Assembly: GCF_006345805.1 (NCBI RefSeq)
Contig: NC_043004.1
Location: forward strand, 30,008,001 to 30,072,000
Reading direction: 5' to 3'
Length of the DNA: 64,000 nt
Source: Octopus sinensis
Lineage: Eukaryota
In this document: in pieces, positions 39,952-52,249 of the stretch
Position numbering within the stretch: position 1 is the stretch's first letter
Layout of the letters: each line of letters starts with the position of its first letter
Notes under the pieces: generated by a model
Told to the model about the DNA's origin: nothing
Seen by the model: the letters and a program-made list of their open reading frames with translations, nothing else
Databases searched by the model: none
Made by a program: the position numbers and the translations under genes

Positions 39952-40524
39952 AGTATGTTTTGCGCCTAAAAAGAAGGCCAATATGGTTGATGATGATGAT
40001 GATGATGAAATATATAGGATTGTATATGATTGATTGATTGATTGATTCTAGTTTCAGCTTATGAGCTGTGGCCATGCTGGGGCACCGCCATTTGATATTT
40101 ATATATTGATATTTAGACACGCTTTCTGGCTCACCACAGAGAAATAGGTTATATGAAAATACAGGAGGTAGGGTGGGTGGTGTGAATGAAATCCCATTGA
40201 GAAATAAAGATATATGCCAATACATTCACCACCTTTGAAGAGCCAAAAAGTTACCATGACAACCATTATAATCTATTTTTCTAATTATAGAACCTTTCAT
40301 CAAATCATACACTTCTTCAATTGTACTGATAAATAAATTTGGTTTGATTTGCTCCACTTAACAAAACAAGTGATTGTAAAAGTTAGCAATGATTTTGAAC
40401 ATCACAGACAAATACAACTAGTTATAAACTAGGATTTTAAAAAAACACAGGTAAATTTTTTTACATATCTTTCAAGTAAGAGCAATAAAAATAACAATAG
40501 CTCACTGCTGTTAGTACAATGTGT

Positions 40525-40965
40525 GTTCCAGCAGGCCACCTTGTTTGAATGCCTGACATACATCTACCCAAAAGATTATTTTATAGTGAACTGGCAGAAG
40601 GCAAATGCACAATGTGAGCAGAAAAAGCGCTTCAAAGATACACTCACAGCCTCATTGAAGTGCTTTTAGATCAACCCCTACACCTGGGAAATGCAAGCAC
40701 AGGACCACACAGCCTGGCAAGGCTGCACCAACAGAGGTGCCACCTCCTACAAACAGATAAGGATCGTAGGAGTACAAAGAAAACATGAGCTGTGCAAGTC
40801 CAGAGCCAACTCCTTGCCGTCATTCCCAGCAGACCACCAGTGCCTGACTTGCAGCAGAACTTTCTGAGTGTGTATCAAACTGATTGACCACAGTTGGATG
40901 CACTGTGACTCATCTTCTCACATGAGATGTCATTGGTCATCATCGACAACAACAGACAAACATTA
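40525..40965 (+). mobile_element. BovB-like RTE LINE 3' end
   Basis: AGHLV*MPDIHLPKRLFYSELAEGK...QKKRFKDTL...WEMQAQDHTAW...C.TCSRTF...L..HS (C2H2-like tail) followed by a short UTR. Confidence 0.8.
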
Positions 40966-41719
40966 TTATAATACATACTGACTATATATATATATATATA
41001 CAAGCTACTGGAGACACTCGGACATCAATTTGTCAGGTCATTTCAGATTCTGGTATACAATACAAAGCTGCAACTATGAGGCATTATTTCTTTCATTAGC
41101 ATATTTCTATTGAAATGTACAGACTTTGCTTAAATTAAATTTGAAAATAACGAAGCGTTGAGTAAAATATCATTGTCATAATTAAGTTGGTGTCTAAAAC
41201 ATAAATTAACATGAAATTTTGATGCAACATTTTAATTGAGATTACTTTAAAAAAGAAGTTTGTATCATAGAATCAGGAGCTGCCTCAGGTAGGTGGGTAT
41301 CAAAAGGGTTAAATGTAATTAAATAAATATTCCTTTAATTAAGACAAACTTATCCAGAAATGTGGTGCTTGTATTCCTAAACACTCTCTTTCGTGACACA
41401 TCAGTTACAATAACAAATAGTACCTAATAACAGTGAGGGTTTTTAATTTAGACACAAGACCAGCTATTTTGAGGGGAGGGGGTTACTTAACACGATTGAC
41501 CATTGGTATTTGATGTGTTATCTTATCAGCCCAAGAAATGTCAATGATTTCAAAATTTGGCACAAGACCAACAACTCTGGGGGAGGGGGATAGACACTTA
41601 CATTGACCCCAGTATTCAACTGGTACTTACTTTATCAACTCTGAAAGGTTGAAATTCAAAGTTGACATTGGCAATATTTCAACACACAGTATAAATCTAG
41701 AAGAAATGCCACAAAGCAT

Positions 41720-41733
41720 ATATGTGAAATATA

Positions 41734-41797
<64 letters not shown>

Positions 41798-42059
41798 GCG
41801 TGTGTATGTATATATATATCATATATATAATATATATATCATATACATGTATATATACATATATATATATATATTGTGTGTGTGTGTATGTATATATATA
41901 TCATATACATATATACTGTATATATATATCATATATATATATATATATATATATCATTCATGTATATATACATATATATATATACATGTATATATACATG
42001 TATATCATACATATATATGCATATATATATCATATACAGATATATATATATATCGCATA

Positions 42060-42102
<43 letters not shown>

Positions 42103-42120
42103 TATATATGATATATATGT
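41720..42120. repeat. Compound (TA)n microsatellite
   Basis: Direct observation; the source of the YIYI ORFs in the track. Confidence 0.95.
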
Positions 42121-42129
42121 GTAAGTATC

Positions 42130-42665
42130 CTTTCCTTCATTGGACACTAAACTCTGCTTGTGAAGACCTGTTGAGGCAAGTGAAATTGAAATTAAATTCG
42201 ATGACTGGCATCCGTGCTAGTGGAGCGCTAAGAGTACCATACGAGTGTGATCATTGAAATTAGTAACAAGCTGGCCACTGTGCCGGTGGCACGTAAAAAA
42301 CACCATTCGAGCATGATTGTTACCTGCATCACCTTACAGGCATTTGGGCTGGTGGCACGTGAAAAAACATTCGGGCGAGGTCATTGCCAGTGCCGCTGGA
42401 CTGGCTCCTGTGCAGATGGTGCATAAAAAGTACCATTTGAACATGGCCGTTGCCAGTACCGATTGACCTGCTTTCGTGCCGGAGGCACGTAAAAGCACTT
42501 TCTACACACTCGGAGTGGTTGGCATTAGGAAGGGCATCCAGCTGTAGAAACTCTGCCAGATCAGATTGGAGTCTGGTGCAGCCATCTGGTTCGCAAGACC
42601 TCAGTCAAATCATCCAACCCATGCTAGCATGGAAAGCGGACGTTAAACGATGATGATGATGATGA
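42130..42665 (+). mobile_element. RTE LINE 3' UTR with (GAT)n tail
   Basis: Homologous to 53560-53895, with about 5 hairpin subrepeats. Confidence 0.85.
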
Positions 42666-42684
42666 TATATATATATATATATAA

Positions 42685-42744
<60 letters not shown>

Positions 42745-42746
<2 letters not shown>

Positions 42747-42820
42747 GTCCGACGAACGTGAATGCGAAACTCTGAGTAACAGCTTTTGTTATATTTCTGC
42801 TGCTTTTAAATAAAGTATAT
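42745..42820 (+). ncRNA. Hammerhead-like motif with variant core (family 2), degenerate copy
   Basis: tgt CCGACGA (42749-42755) acg tgaa tgc GAAA ctc t gag TA acag. Followed by ttttgtt..atttctgctgc..taaataaagta, as at 52141-52215. Confidence 0.45.
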
Positions 42821-42832
42821 ATATATATATAT

Positions 42833-42834
<2 letters not shown>

Positions 42835-42863
<29 letters not shown>

Positions 42864-42938
42864 ATTAACGTCCGCTTTCCATGCTAGCATGGGTTGGACG
42901 GTTCGACTGGGTCTGGGGAGCCCGAAAGCTGCACCAGT

Positions 42939-43003
<65 letters not shown>

Positions 43004-43038
43004 CATATAAATATGATATATATATATATATGAATATG

Positions 43039-43069
<31 letters not shown>

Positions 43070-43228
43070 TGTATATCATCATCATCGTTTAGCGTCCGTT
43101 TTCCATGCTAGCATGGGTTGGACGGTTCTACTGGGGTCTGTGAAGCCAGAAGGCTTCATCAGCCCAGTCAAATCTGGCAGTGTTTCTACGGCTGGATGCC
43201 CTTCCTAACGCCAACCACTCCAACCACA
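42835..43228 (-). mobile_element. Two short RTE 3' tails on the minus strand (42835-42940, 43075-43228) separated by microsatellite
   Basis: Each begins (cat)n..tt(a/g)cgtccg(c/t)tttccatgctagcatgggttggacgg. Confidence 0.85.
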
Positions 43229-43233
43229 TATAT

Positions 43234-43311
<78 letters not shown>

Positions 43312-43694
43312 ATATACATACATACAATACATACATATATATCCTATTCATATATATATATCATATTTATATGTATATATATATTATATAGACATGCACT
43401 TATATACATGTATACACACACATTTGAAGCCAGTGATATTATTTGTCACAGAGTTTCTTTACTGATGAGATGTTTCAGGCAACAACAAACTGACTCATTT
43501 AAGTATCATCTGATAGAGTGCATCAAGCGTGAATCTGTGTAATGACAAAGTAAATTAGCAGCTTTAAATAAATGTACTCCATAACATGTATTGAGTACTC
43601 TTTGTATCTCATATGTACACATGCCCAAGTACACATGCATTCATATAATGAATATAGAGACACTCAAATGGTATGCATACAGGGTAAAAACATA

Positions 43695-43733
<39 letters not shown>

Positions 43734-44528
43734 GGGAGAGAGAGAGAGAGTGAGTGAATGAGAGAGAGAAAATGAGAAAATCCACAATAACATGCAGAAA
43801 TTATACCTCATTCCATCACATATACCCACACATGTGAATACAAACACACAAACAAAAACATAAATGTATAAACATATACATATGGAAAAGCATACACACA
43901 TAGACTAAAACATACAGAAATGCACACATGTATACAGAGAAACAGAGAAACGTTCACATACACAAACACAGAAAGAAGCATTCACAAACACAGAAACACA
44001 TAGACCCACAATATACATAGTAGTTAAAATGTAAATGAAATCAACCAACCATCCAATTGCTAGTCACAATCACAACAAAGTCGGTCTGCATCAGTACGGT
44101 TGAGTTGTTGGTCCAGAGAAATGTTGATAAGACTGATTTGATATGGATGTCACTGTCAGATAAAACAGAGGCAGAACTGTTTTAGCAGTCAATAATGATA
44201 TTAATGGAAATTAAAACAGACAGACTGTGGCTCCCTTTCTCTTTGAAACACTGCCATGAATGGCTGCATTGAGAATATTTAAAGGAGAGGTACTATAGCA
44301 GTAGTAATGATGTACTGTGAGGGGTTGTCCTGTAGGTAGAAGGAACATTAGCCACTACTTAGAGATAGAGTAATAATGGTAAACATCTGCTAACAATTAA
44401 TGACATTACTCAAGTCAAATCTCCCATAGTGAGAGACAAGTACAACGTTTTAACAGCAGACACTTGGAAGATGTGAGTATGTGTGTCTGTATCTATCTAT
44501 CCCTCTATCTACCACCCCTTCTTTCTCT

Positions 44529-44574
<46 letters not shown>

Positions 44575-45129
44575 ATACATAGCAGCCTCTTTCAATGTTT
44601 AGGTGCAGGTATGCCCATGTGTTTAAGAAGTCCACTTTGCAATGGCAAGATCTGGGGTTCAGACACACTGCAAGATACTTTTGGAAAGTGTTTTCATCTG
44701 TAGCCCCTTGCTGATGGTGCCTTGAGAGTAAAGTTGTTAGACACAAATTGTGTAGAAACCCATCATGCATGTGTGTGTGTGTGTGTGTGTTGGTTTGTGT
44801 GTAGAAATCTAAACAAATGATTAGAGGTTCTAGTCTAAAGCGAGGTAAAAGTATAAAACTATTAAAGCGGGTTATTTGTGATGATAAAGTCTCAAGGGAT
44901 ATAATTAACAACACTAATTAATCACTCAGGAAAGAAAGAGTATATAAATTGTATACAGCCACAAGATTCCCTTGGCAATAGTTCCAGTTACTACCACCCT
45001 TCCTTGTTAAGTGAAAAGAAAAGAGAAAAAAGGGGAATTAGAGAGATAGAAATAAAGATGCATAATCAGATAGACTGACAGATAGCTAGATAGATAGATA
45101 GATACACTGACAGACAGACAGACAGATAG

Positions 45130-45171
<42 letters not shown>

Positions 45172-45846
45172 TAGAGAAAGAAACAGACAGCCTTCTGAAG
45201 GCTGTGTCCAATATTTTCTTGTATCTTAAAACAGTTTATCCTGGTCACAGTTGGTGCTAATGGAGTCAACCAAGATCAAAATAACATTTAATAAATATAT
45301 ATTTTGGTTTAACATTTGTAACGAGAATTTATACTTTTATAATGAGGAACTTCCTTCTTGTCTGCAGATGTTGTAGAGATTAAGAATGTGAACTGAAACC
45401 TGGTTTAGACTGATTAACTTATATTGTACAAAGCTCTAAATTCATTTGTGTTAGTCAGCTAAATCAAGACAAATGATTAGAAAAGCAACAATTTATGTGC
45501 TTTTATTTCCATTGTAACCTAAGATAATAAACAACAAATAAAAGAAACTGAAGCACTTTGACAAGCTTCCTCATGAATGGAATCCTAAAATGTTTTAGAA
45601 CCTCAAGGAAAATAAATAAATAAAAATCAATAAATGTTCTGAATTTAAAGCTAAAGTCAAGAATAATACTTGTAGTTTGACAGCTTAAATTAGCATAGAG
45701 CAATCACTGTTATACAAGCACATCTACTTACCTATTCACAAACATATACATGTAAGTACTTACACATCAATGTTACACGTGTTTCTCAGGAATAAACTAA
45801 CAACAAAAAGAAACCTTACATTTCTCTTCTCTTTCTTCTCCAAAAG

Positions 45847-45910
45847 AAGACATCACTGATTATAAACAGACTAAATACAATAAAATCATTGATGGTTGAT
45901 ATTGAATCAG
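45847..45910 (+). other. Candidate 64-nt spliced exon of an unidentified host transcript
   Basis: Branch-point-like ACTAAC (~45796-45801), a pyrimidine tract at 45820-45841, AAG/AAG tandem acceptor and CAG|GTAAGA donor at 45911. One frame is open (KTSLIINRLNTIKSLMVDIES). Confidence 0.4.
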
Positions 45911-46286
45911 GTAAGAACTGGTCGAAAAAATAAGAGAAATAACATGGTTCTACAAATAGATAAGTTAATCACTGAATTGTCTGGCACAGTCACAGTACAG
46001 TACTGTGCAGTGTCAAGCACATTACAGTACAGTGTTAGTCACATTATGATGTAAGTCTGATCATAGCACAGTATGACCAAGTTCGAAACGGTAATTATTA
46101 CAACTTGTGCCAAAGGTGTACAATGCATATTTGTAAAACATATGACATACATAAAAACATAAGATAGCTGAAATTTGCTATGATGATTCGGTGTCTGACT
46201 GAAGATTGAAGGCTTCGAATGATTTGTCTGTGTTCCGTATTTGTCCCTTCCTGTATTTCACGTTCTTTATATATAAAACATTTATT

Positions 46287-46331
<45 letters not shown>

Positions 46332-47314
46332 GATAGGTAGATTACATACTACATACACAAACAAAGAGAAAAGAAACAAACAAACAAACAAAAATACCCT
46401 GTTGTTGATGTTGAAATTCCTTGGATCTAGGTTAGAAACCGGTTCTGTCTCCAATGACAAGAAATCTTGAAATAAACTGAATAATGGCATACATACAATA
46501 TATATATATATATATATATATAAACAGTTATGAACTAAAAATTGTGTTAGTGGTGTAAACATTATTGACATCTTCCCCAGAGCACTGTGCCACAGCAAAT
46601 CAGTGAACAAGTAAAACACATTGAGTATTAGCAGTCGATAATGCTTATATATATATACATACACACACATACAAACATATATGTATACACACACACACAT
46701 GCAACAGTCTTCAGTATAGTTTCCTTTTGCCAAATTCTACTCGCAAGGAATTGACCGACATGAGGCTGTAGTAGAAGACACTTGACTAAGTTGTAATAAA
46801 GTGGAAATGAATCTGGAACCACAAGGTTGTGAAACAAACTTCTTACTCACACAACCAGGCCTACCTACATCCAGTGATTAATTTTCTCTCCCTTTGTTCT
46901 GAGTTCAAATCTCATGAGGATCAACTTCATCTTTCATAATTCTGATATCAATAAAATAAAAGTAGTCCTTCAGTACAGACCCCTATTACACCCAACATTA
47001 GCAATGGAGTTTGGCCAACATAAGGAATCAATACTAAACAGAAGCAAATGAGTGATTTTGTAATTAAAATAACTGGTTATTCAACTAAAGTAGTTTTCTA
47101 AACTTACAGCAAATATGATTTAGATGATTGCTTAAAGGATTAATAGTACAATTTACAAAGCAAAAACAATAAATCACAGAATAATAAAAGTACAAGGAAT
47201 AAAACGAACTCATTCATGGAACTATAACCACCCCCTTACAAAAATTGGCCTTGTGCCCATTTAATATACATATATATGTATAATATATATTATGTATATA
47301 ATATATTGTTTATA

Positions 47315-47524
47315 CAGGGTGGCCCAAAAGTAGGTTTACAGTTATTCGACTGTCTCTTTCACATTCATATATTACCAATTTAGATCTTAATTATAAAAAA
47401 AATATGAAAACATTATTCTATTCTAATTTATTTAATTGTAAAATAGAAATTCAAATGTAATAAGTTTTAAAGGAAACTTAAAGTGCCTATGTGATAACTG
47501 TAGACTTACTTTGGGACCACCCTG
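47315..47524. mobile_element. Tc1/mariner-superfamily MITE with ~31-bp TIRs and TA target sites
   Basis: TA-cagggtggcccaaaagtaggtttacagttat ... ataactgtagacttactttgggaccaccctg-TA. Confidence 0.85.
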
Positions 47525-47644
47525 TATTATATGTATGTGTGACTCTCTATATATATATCTATATAAATATGTGTGTGTGTGTGTGAGTGTCTGTGTGTAT
47601 GTGTGTACATATGTAGTTATATGTGTGTGTATGTGTGTATACAA

Positions 47645-47685
<41 letters not shown>

Positions 47686-48104
47686 TAGTAAAGTTAGAGG
47701 TTGGAATAACTGTCTGAGGGATACAAATATCCGTTATACTACAGGTATAATTACTTATGTTAACCTTGGACATACATCTGCAAACATATTATGCTCATAA
47801 ATTACAGGTAATGACAATAATTAACATGAGTTGATTAGGAATCCAATTTAAAGTAAACAGGAAATGGAAAAATATTGATTAACAACAATTGACTAACATT
47901 AATTATTATATTTTTAATTAAAAACAAATAGACTGTATCCCATCTAAAAGCTGTTACTCCTTCCAATGTTATAATTCTGAAAATAATATTCATCATATTT
48001 GGTAACACACCCAATCTGGAACACAGAGATGCATCAGATTGAAGAAAAATATATTAAAGAAAAGAGCCTACAGTAGAAGATGAAAAGCTTAATATATTTA
48101 ATCA

Positions 48105-48520
48105 TAGGCGCAGGAGTGGCTGTGTGGTAAGAGCTTACTACAACCACCACATGGTTCCGGGTTCAGTCCCACTGCATGGCATCTTGGGCAGTGTGTCTCT
48201 GCTATAGCCCGGGCCAACCAATGCCTTGTGAGTGGATTTGGTAGACGGAAACTGAAAGGACCCGTAAAGAATATGGCGTATATATGTATTATATATGTCT
48301 GTGTGTGTGTATGTGTGTCTGTGTCTGTCTTTGTCCCCCTAGCATTGCTTGACAACCGATGCTGGTGTGTTTCCGTCCCTGTCACTTAGTGGTTCGGCAA
48401 AAGAGACCGATAGAATAAGTACTGGGCTTACAAAGAATAAGTCCTGGGGTCGATTTGCTGACTAAAGGTGGTGCTCCAGCATGGCCGCAGTCAAATGACT
48501 GAAACAAGTAAAAGAGTAAG
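48105..48520 (+). mobile_element. SINE family B, full-length with internal (TG/TA)n
   Basis: ggcgcaggagtggctgtgtggtaag...ggttccgggttcagtccc (A/B-box-like) ... ggtggtgctccagcatggccgcagtc..tgactgaaacaagtaaaaga. Confidence 0.85.
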
Positions 48521-48569
48521 AGTATACCATTTTGCTTATGTGTCACTTTGGGAAGTTGGTTCAATATAT

Positions 48570-48903
48570 ATATATACTGAAATCGATCAAAAATCAATGG
48601 AAATTGTAGTTGTGATACCAGTGCTGGTGGCATGTAAAAGAACCATCCGAACGTAGCCATTGCCAGCGCTGGGCTCCGTGCTGGTGGCACGTAAAAAGCA
48701 CTAACTGATCGTGCCCGTTGCTAGTGGCATGTAAAAAGCACCCACTATACTCACGGAGTGGTTGGCATTAGGAAGGGCATCCAGCTGTAGAAACACTGCA
48801 GATCAGACTGGACCTGGTGCAGCCTCCTGGCTTCCCAGACCCCAGTCGAACCATCCAACCCATGCTAGCATGGAAAGCAGATTTAAACGATGATGATGAT
48901 GAT
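48570..48903 (+). mobile_element. RTE LINE 3' UTR with (GAT)n tail
   Basis: Homologous to 53560-53895. Confidence 0.85.
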
Positions 48904-49235
<332 letters not shown>

Positions 49236-49539
49236 TATATAGGCAAGAGTGGTGTGTGGTAAGTAGGTTGCTTACCAACCACATGGTTCCGGGTTCAGTG
49301 CCACTGCATGGCACTTGGGCAAGTGTCTTCTACTATAAACCTCAGGCCGAGCAAAGCCTTGTGAGTGGATTTGGTAGACGAAACTGAAAGAAGCTTGTTT
49401 GTATACAATATATATGCTGTGTGAGTGTGTAATATGTAATATATATATGTGTAAATATATATATACATATATATACATACATATATATATACATACATAC
49501 ATATATAATTATATATTATACACATACATACATATATAT

Positions 49540-49770
49540 ATCATCATCATCATCGTTTACGTCCTTTTTTCGCGCTAGCACGGGTTGGACGGTTTCGACG
49601 GGTCTGGGGAGCTAGGACTGCCCGGCTCCAGTCTAGTCTGGCAGTGTTTCTACTAGCTGATGCCCTTCCTAACACCAACCACTCTGCGAGTGTAGTGGGT
49701 GTTTTTTACGTGCCACCTGCACAGGTGCCAGAGGGTCTGGCATCGGCCACATTCGGATGGTGCTTTTTAT
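49540..49770 (-). mobile_element. RTE LINE 3' tail, indel-rich
   Basis: (cat)n cgtttacgtcc...gcccttcctaacaccaaccactctgcgagtgtagtggg..., the reverse complement of the family 3' end. Confidence 0.8.
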
Positions 49771-50250
49771 TTGGGGGGGGGGCAGAAATATAGGGAGCAC
49801 CAGTGGGAAGGGGTGGTTCAGAGAATGATGACAGGTTCTAGGCAAGTAAGAACGTAGGATATCAAGAGAGGGGTAATGCATGTGAAATAGTGTATTGAAG
49901 AGGGGGGTTCGAAGAGTAGACACCTATAATTGTGGTGGGAGAAGCGACATCCGTATAGATGGAGCAAAAATATAGAGATATCCGGTATTGGTGGTTGGGG
50001 GTGGGCAAGGGCGGGTGCACCGGAATATGACGGGCTGGCTTAAAAATGCTCTTAGCAAAGAAGAGGGGGATGGCAAACAACGTAAAAGAGGGAGAGAGAG
50101 AAGGGAAATAGTGGAACCGCGCGAAAATGGGCCGCCATTGAAAAAAACCCCTGTATGGAGAAATAATATGCAATACGAGGCGAACTGAAAATAGTAATAA
50201 TAATAAAAATAATATAATTATACATATATAAGATACTATATATATATATA

Positions 50251-50688
50251 ATTTGCCAATGTTCTGCGCCGTGAGGACCAAGACTGGAGGTGTTTCGCGT
50301 TGCCAGACAGTGTGTGAGAGAGAATCGTGATGTGGTAGAGAGAAGTGTGTTCGCTGGAAGATGGTTCACTTGTGCTAAATGAGGATGCAAAGAGAGAGGC
50401 TTGGAGATGCCACTATGAAAGTTTGCTGAATAAAAGAAAATGAAATGGGATAAAGAGAGTCTGCCCGAATGTTGACCCAACAGAGGGACCAGCTATCCGA
50501 GTTGATAGTTCCGTGGTAGCTAAGGCAATTAGAAGCATGAAGTCAGGAAAGCCCCAGGCCCATCAGGAATCACTGAGAGATGCTCAAAATGTCTGGTAGT
50601 GTCGGCTAATAGCCTAGTCACCCATATAGTTAATCAGGTGATACACAAAGGAGTCATACCCAATGACTGGTGTAGCATCCTAATAGTC
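50251..50688 (+). mobile_element. RTE LINE ORF fragment running into the assembly gap
   Basis: Homologous to 33199-33640 (VFRVARQCVRENRDVVGEKCV..., VIPNDWCS). Confidence 0.85.
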
Positions 50689-50788
50689 NNNNNNNNNNNN
50701 NNNNNNNNNNNNNNNNNNNNNNNNNNNNNNNNNNNNNNNNNNNNNNNNNNNNNNNNNNNNNNNNNNNNNNNNNNNNNNNNNNNNNNNN
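50689..50788. other. Assembly gap (100 N)
   Basis: Run of N. Confidence 0.99.
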
Positions 50789-50836
50789 CATACATATATA
50801 CATATATACATACATATATACATACATATAACATAT

Positions 50837-50902
<66 letters not shown>

Positions 50903-51519
50903 CTAGGTGATGTAGTAGGTAATACCCCGCAGGTAAAGATGTTCTATTGAAATGCCTTATTCTTCTGATACAAGAAAGCAATTCCGTTATAACTGCCACA
51001 AAAGGTGTATTTTCCATCACGAAAATGTATAAAAAACTGATAGCTGGAGGAGGAAGAGATTGTTGGAGGTTGGTGAGAAAGGTTGGAGGCTGGCGAGAGG
51101 CAAGGATATTATTCTGCTTAGAAAAGGCATCTGCGATATGTAAAACTGCTGTCATTCACAAAAAATCTATTGTTTTACCGTGAGAAGCACTGTTGAAGTG
51201 TTAAATGAAATTTGGCAATCGAGGATCGAATCCAAGATATGCCTATATGAAGCCATTACAATTACATTGTGGAAAAATAAATTTATCTACAGTCATAGAA
51301 AAAGTGTAAATGTGAAAATGCAGAATTATCAGAGTCATGGGCAAAATTATCGAAGTAATAGGCATTCAATGAAGTCTTTAATGTTTAAGATTCAAATTAA
51401 GGAAGTGCAATAATAATGTTTAGCAGTTCAAAACTGTAAGTAGTGAAATGCAGAATTAGGTCAGCTGATCATGAGAATCAAATATTGATTGCTTTGCTAA
51501 AATCTGCAGGTGGTATGGA

Positions 51520-52030
51520 TTATTTCCCTGGGGTTGTTTAAATAAAATATTAGTAATATGTAGTAGATAGAAGGATCCATTGGAAGGGCCCTATTATCGA
51601 TTTTTTTTCAACCATCTAAGTATGTCACGAGATTTCCAGACATAAGTTCTACTCAAGTGTCAAACAAAGTATACAAGTGATATTGTCTGCAAAAATTAGA
51701 AATAGGACACAGAAAAAAATCAATATTCAAAGTAATAGAACATAAACAATGAAATGGGTTATTTTCCTTGAGTGTTTAAAAAAATATTGTATAGGTGTTA
51801 TGGGTTATTTCCCTCATGAGTTTTTTAAAAGAATTAGTTATATGAGGTAGATATAAAGGTCCCTTCCAGGGGCTGTATAATCGATTGTTTTGACAATCTA
51901 AATATGTCACAAGATTTCCATACATCAGTTCTACTCATGTGTCAAGTTTCATTAAAATCAATTAAACGATGAAGGAGCAGTTAGCTAACAATGCCACAAA
52001 CACACAGTGATTTTCCACATATGTAATAGT
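51520..52030 (+). mobile_element. Possible Helitron/Helentron-type non-autonomous element with an internal ~290-bp tandem subrepeat
   Basis: ttatttccct...aatctaa.tatgtcac.agatttcca.acat.agttctactca.gtgtcaa occurs twice (~51520-51665 and ~51805-51945). It ends caagtttcattaaaatc...ggagcagttagctaacaa...acacacag...atgtaatagt, resembling HINE-type 3' ends. Confidence 0.45.
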
Positions 52031-52095
52031 ATTATATATGTAATATTATATATATATATATATATGTATGGTATCTCTCTATATATAATACATAT

Positions 52096-52215
52096 ATATA
52101 TATATATATATATATACCGGAGTAAACACATAAATGCATAAACTGTCCGATGAACGGCAACGGGAAACTCAGAGTAAGAGGTTTTGTTGAATTTTCTGCT
52201 GCTTTAAATAAAGTA
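52096..52215 (+). ncRNA. Small repeat carrying a hammerhead-like motif with variant core (family 2)
   Basis: aactgt CCGATGA (52147-52153) acg GCAA cgg GAAA (52164-52167) ctc a gag TA (52175-52176) agagg. Confidence 0.5.
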
Positions 52216-52249
52216 TATATATATATATATATAGTTTCCGCATCGACCA

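Noticed and set aside
41649-43542. Long ORFs rich in YI/IY/CV repeats (also near 29.2, 30.4, 47.5, 48.8-49.5 and 50.6 kb)
   Set aside because: They are translations of (TA)n and (TG)n microsatellites, which lack stop codons in some frames; not genes.
44036-44400. Possible minus-strand exon (acceptor ttttatctgacag near 44155)
   Set aside because: Short frames ending in stops with no motif support and no matching donor.
45820-45855. Minus-strand 36-nt microexon (DVFFWRRKRRE or MSSFGEEREEK) with CAG acceptor and GTAAGG donor
   Set aside because: The same purine/pyrimidine tract is better explained as the polypyrimidine tract of the plus-strand exon at 45847-45910, which also has a branch-point motif. 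It cannot be excluded without RNA data.
46055-46115. atgaccaagttcgaaacgg...acttgtgc as a hammerhead
   Set aside because: The core is ATGACCA rather than CTGANGA, and there is no correctly placed NUH triplet or helix III.
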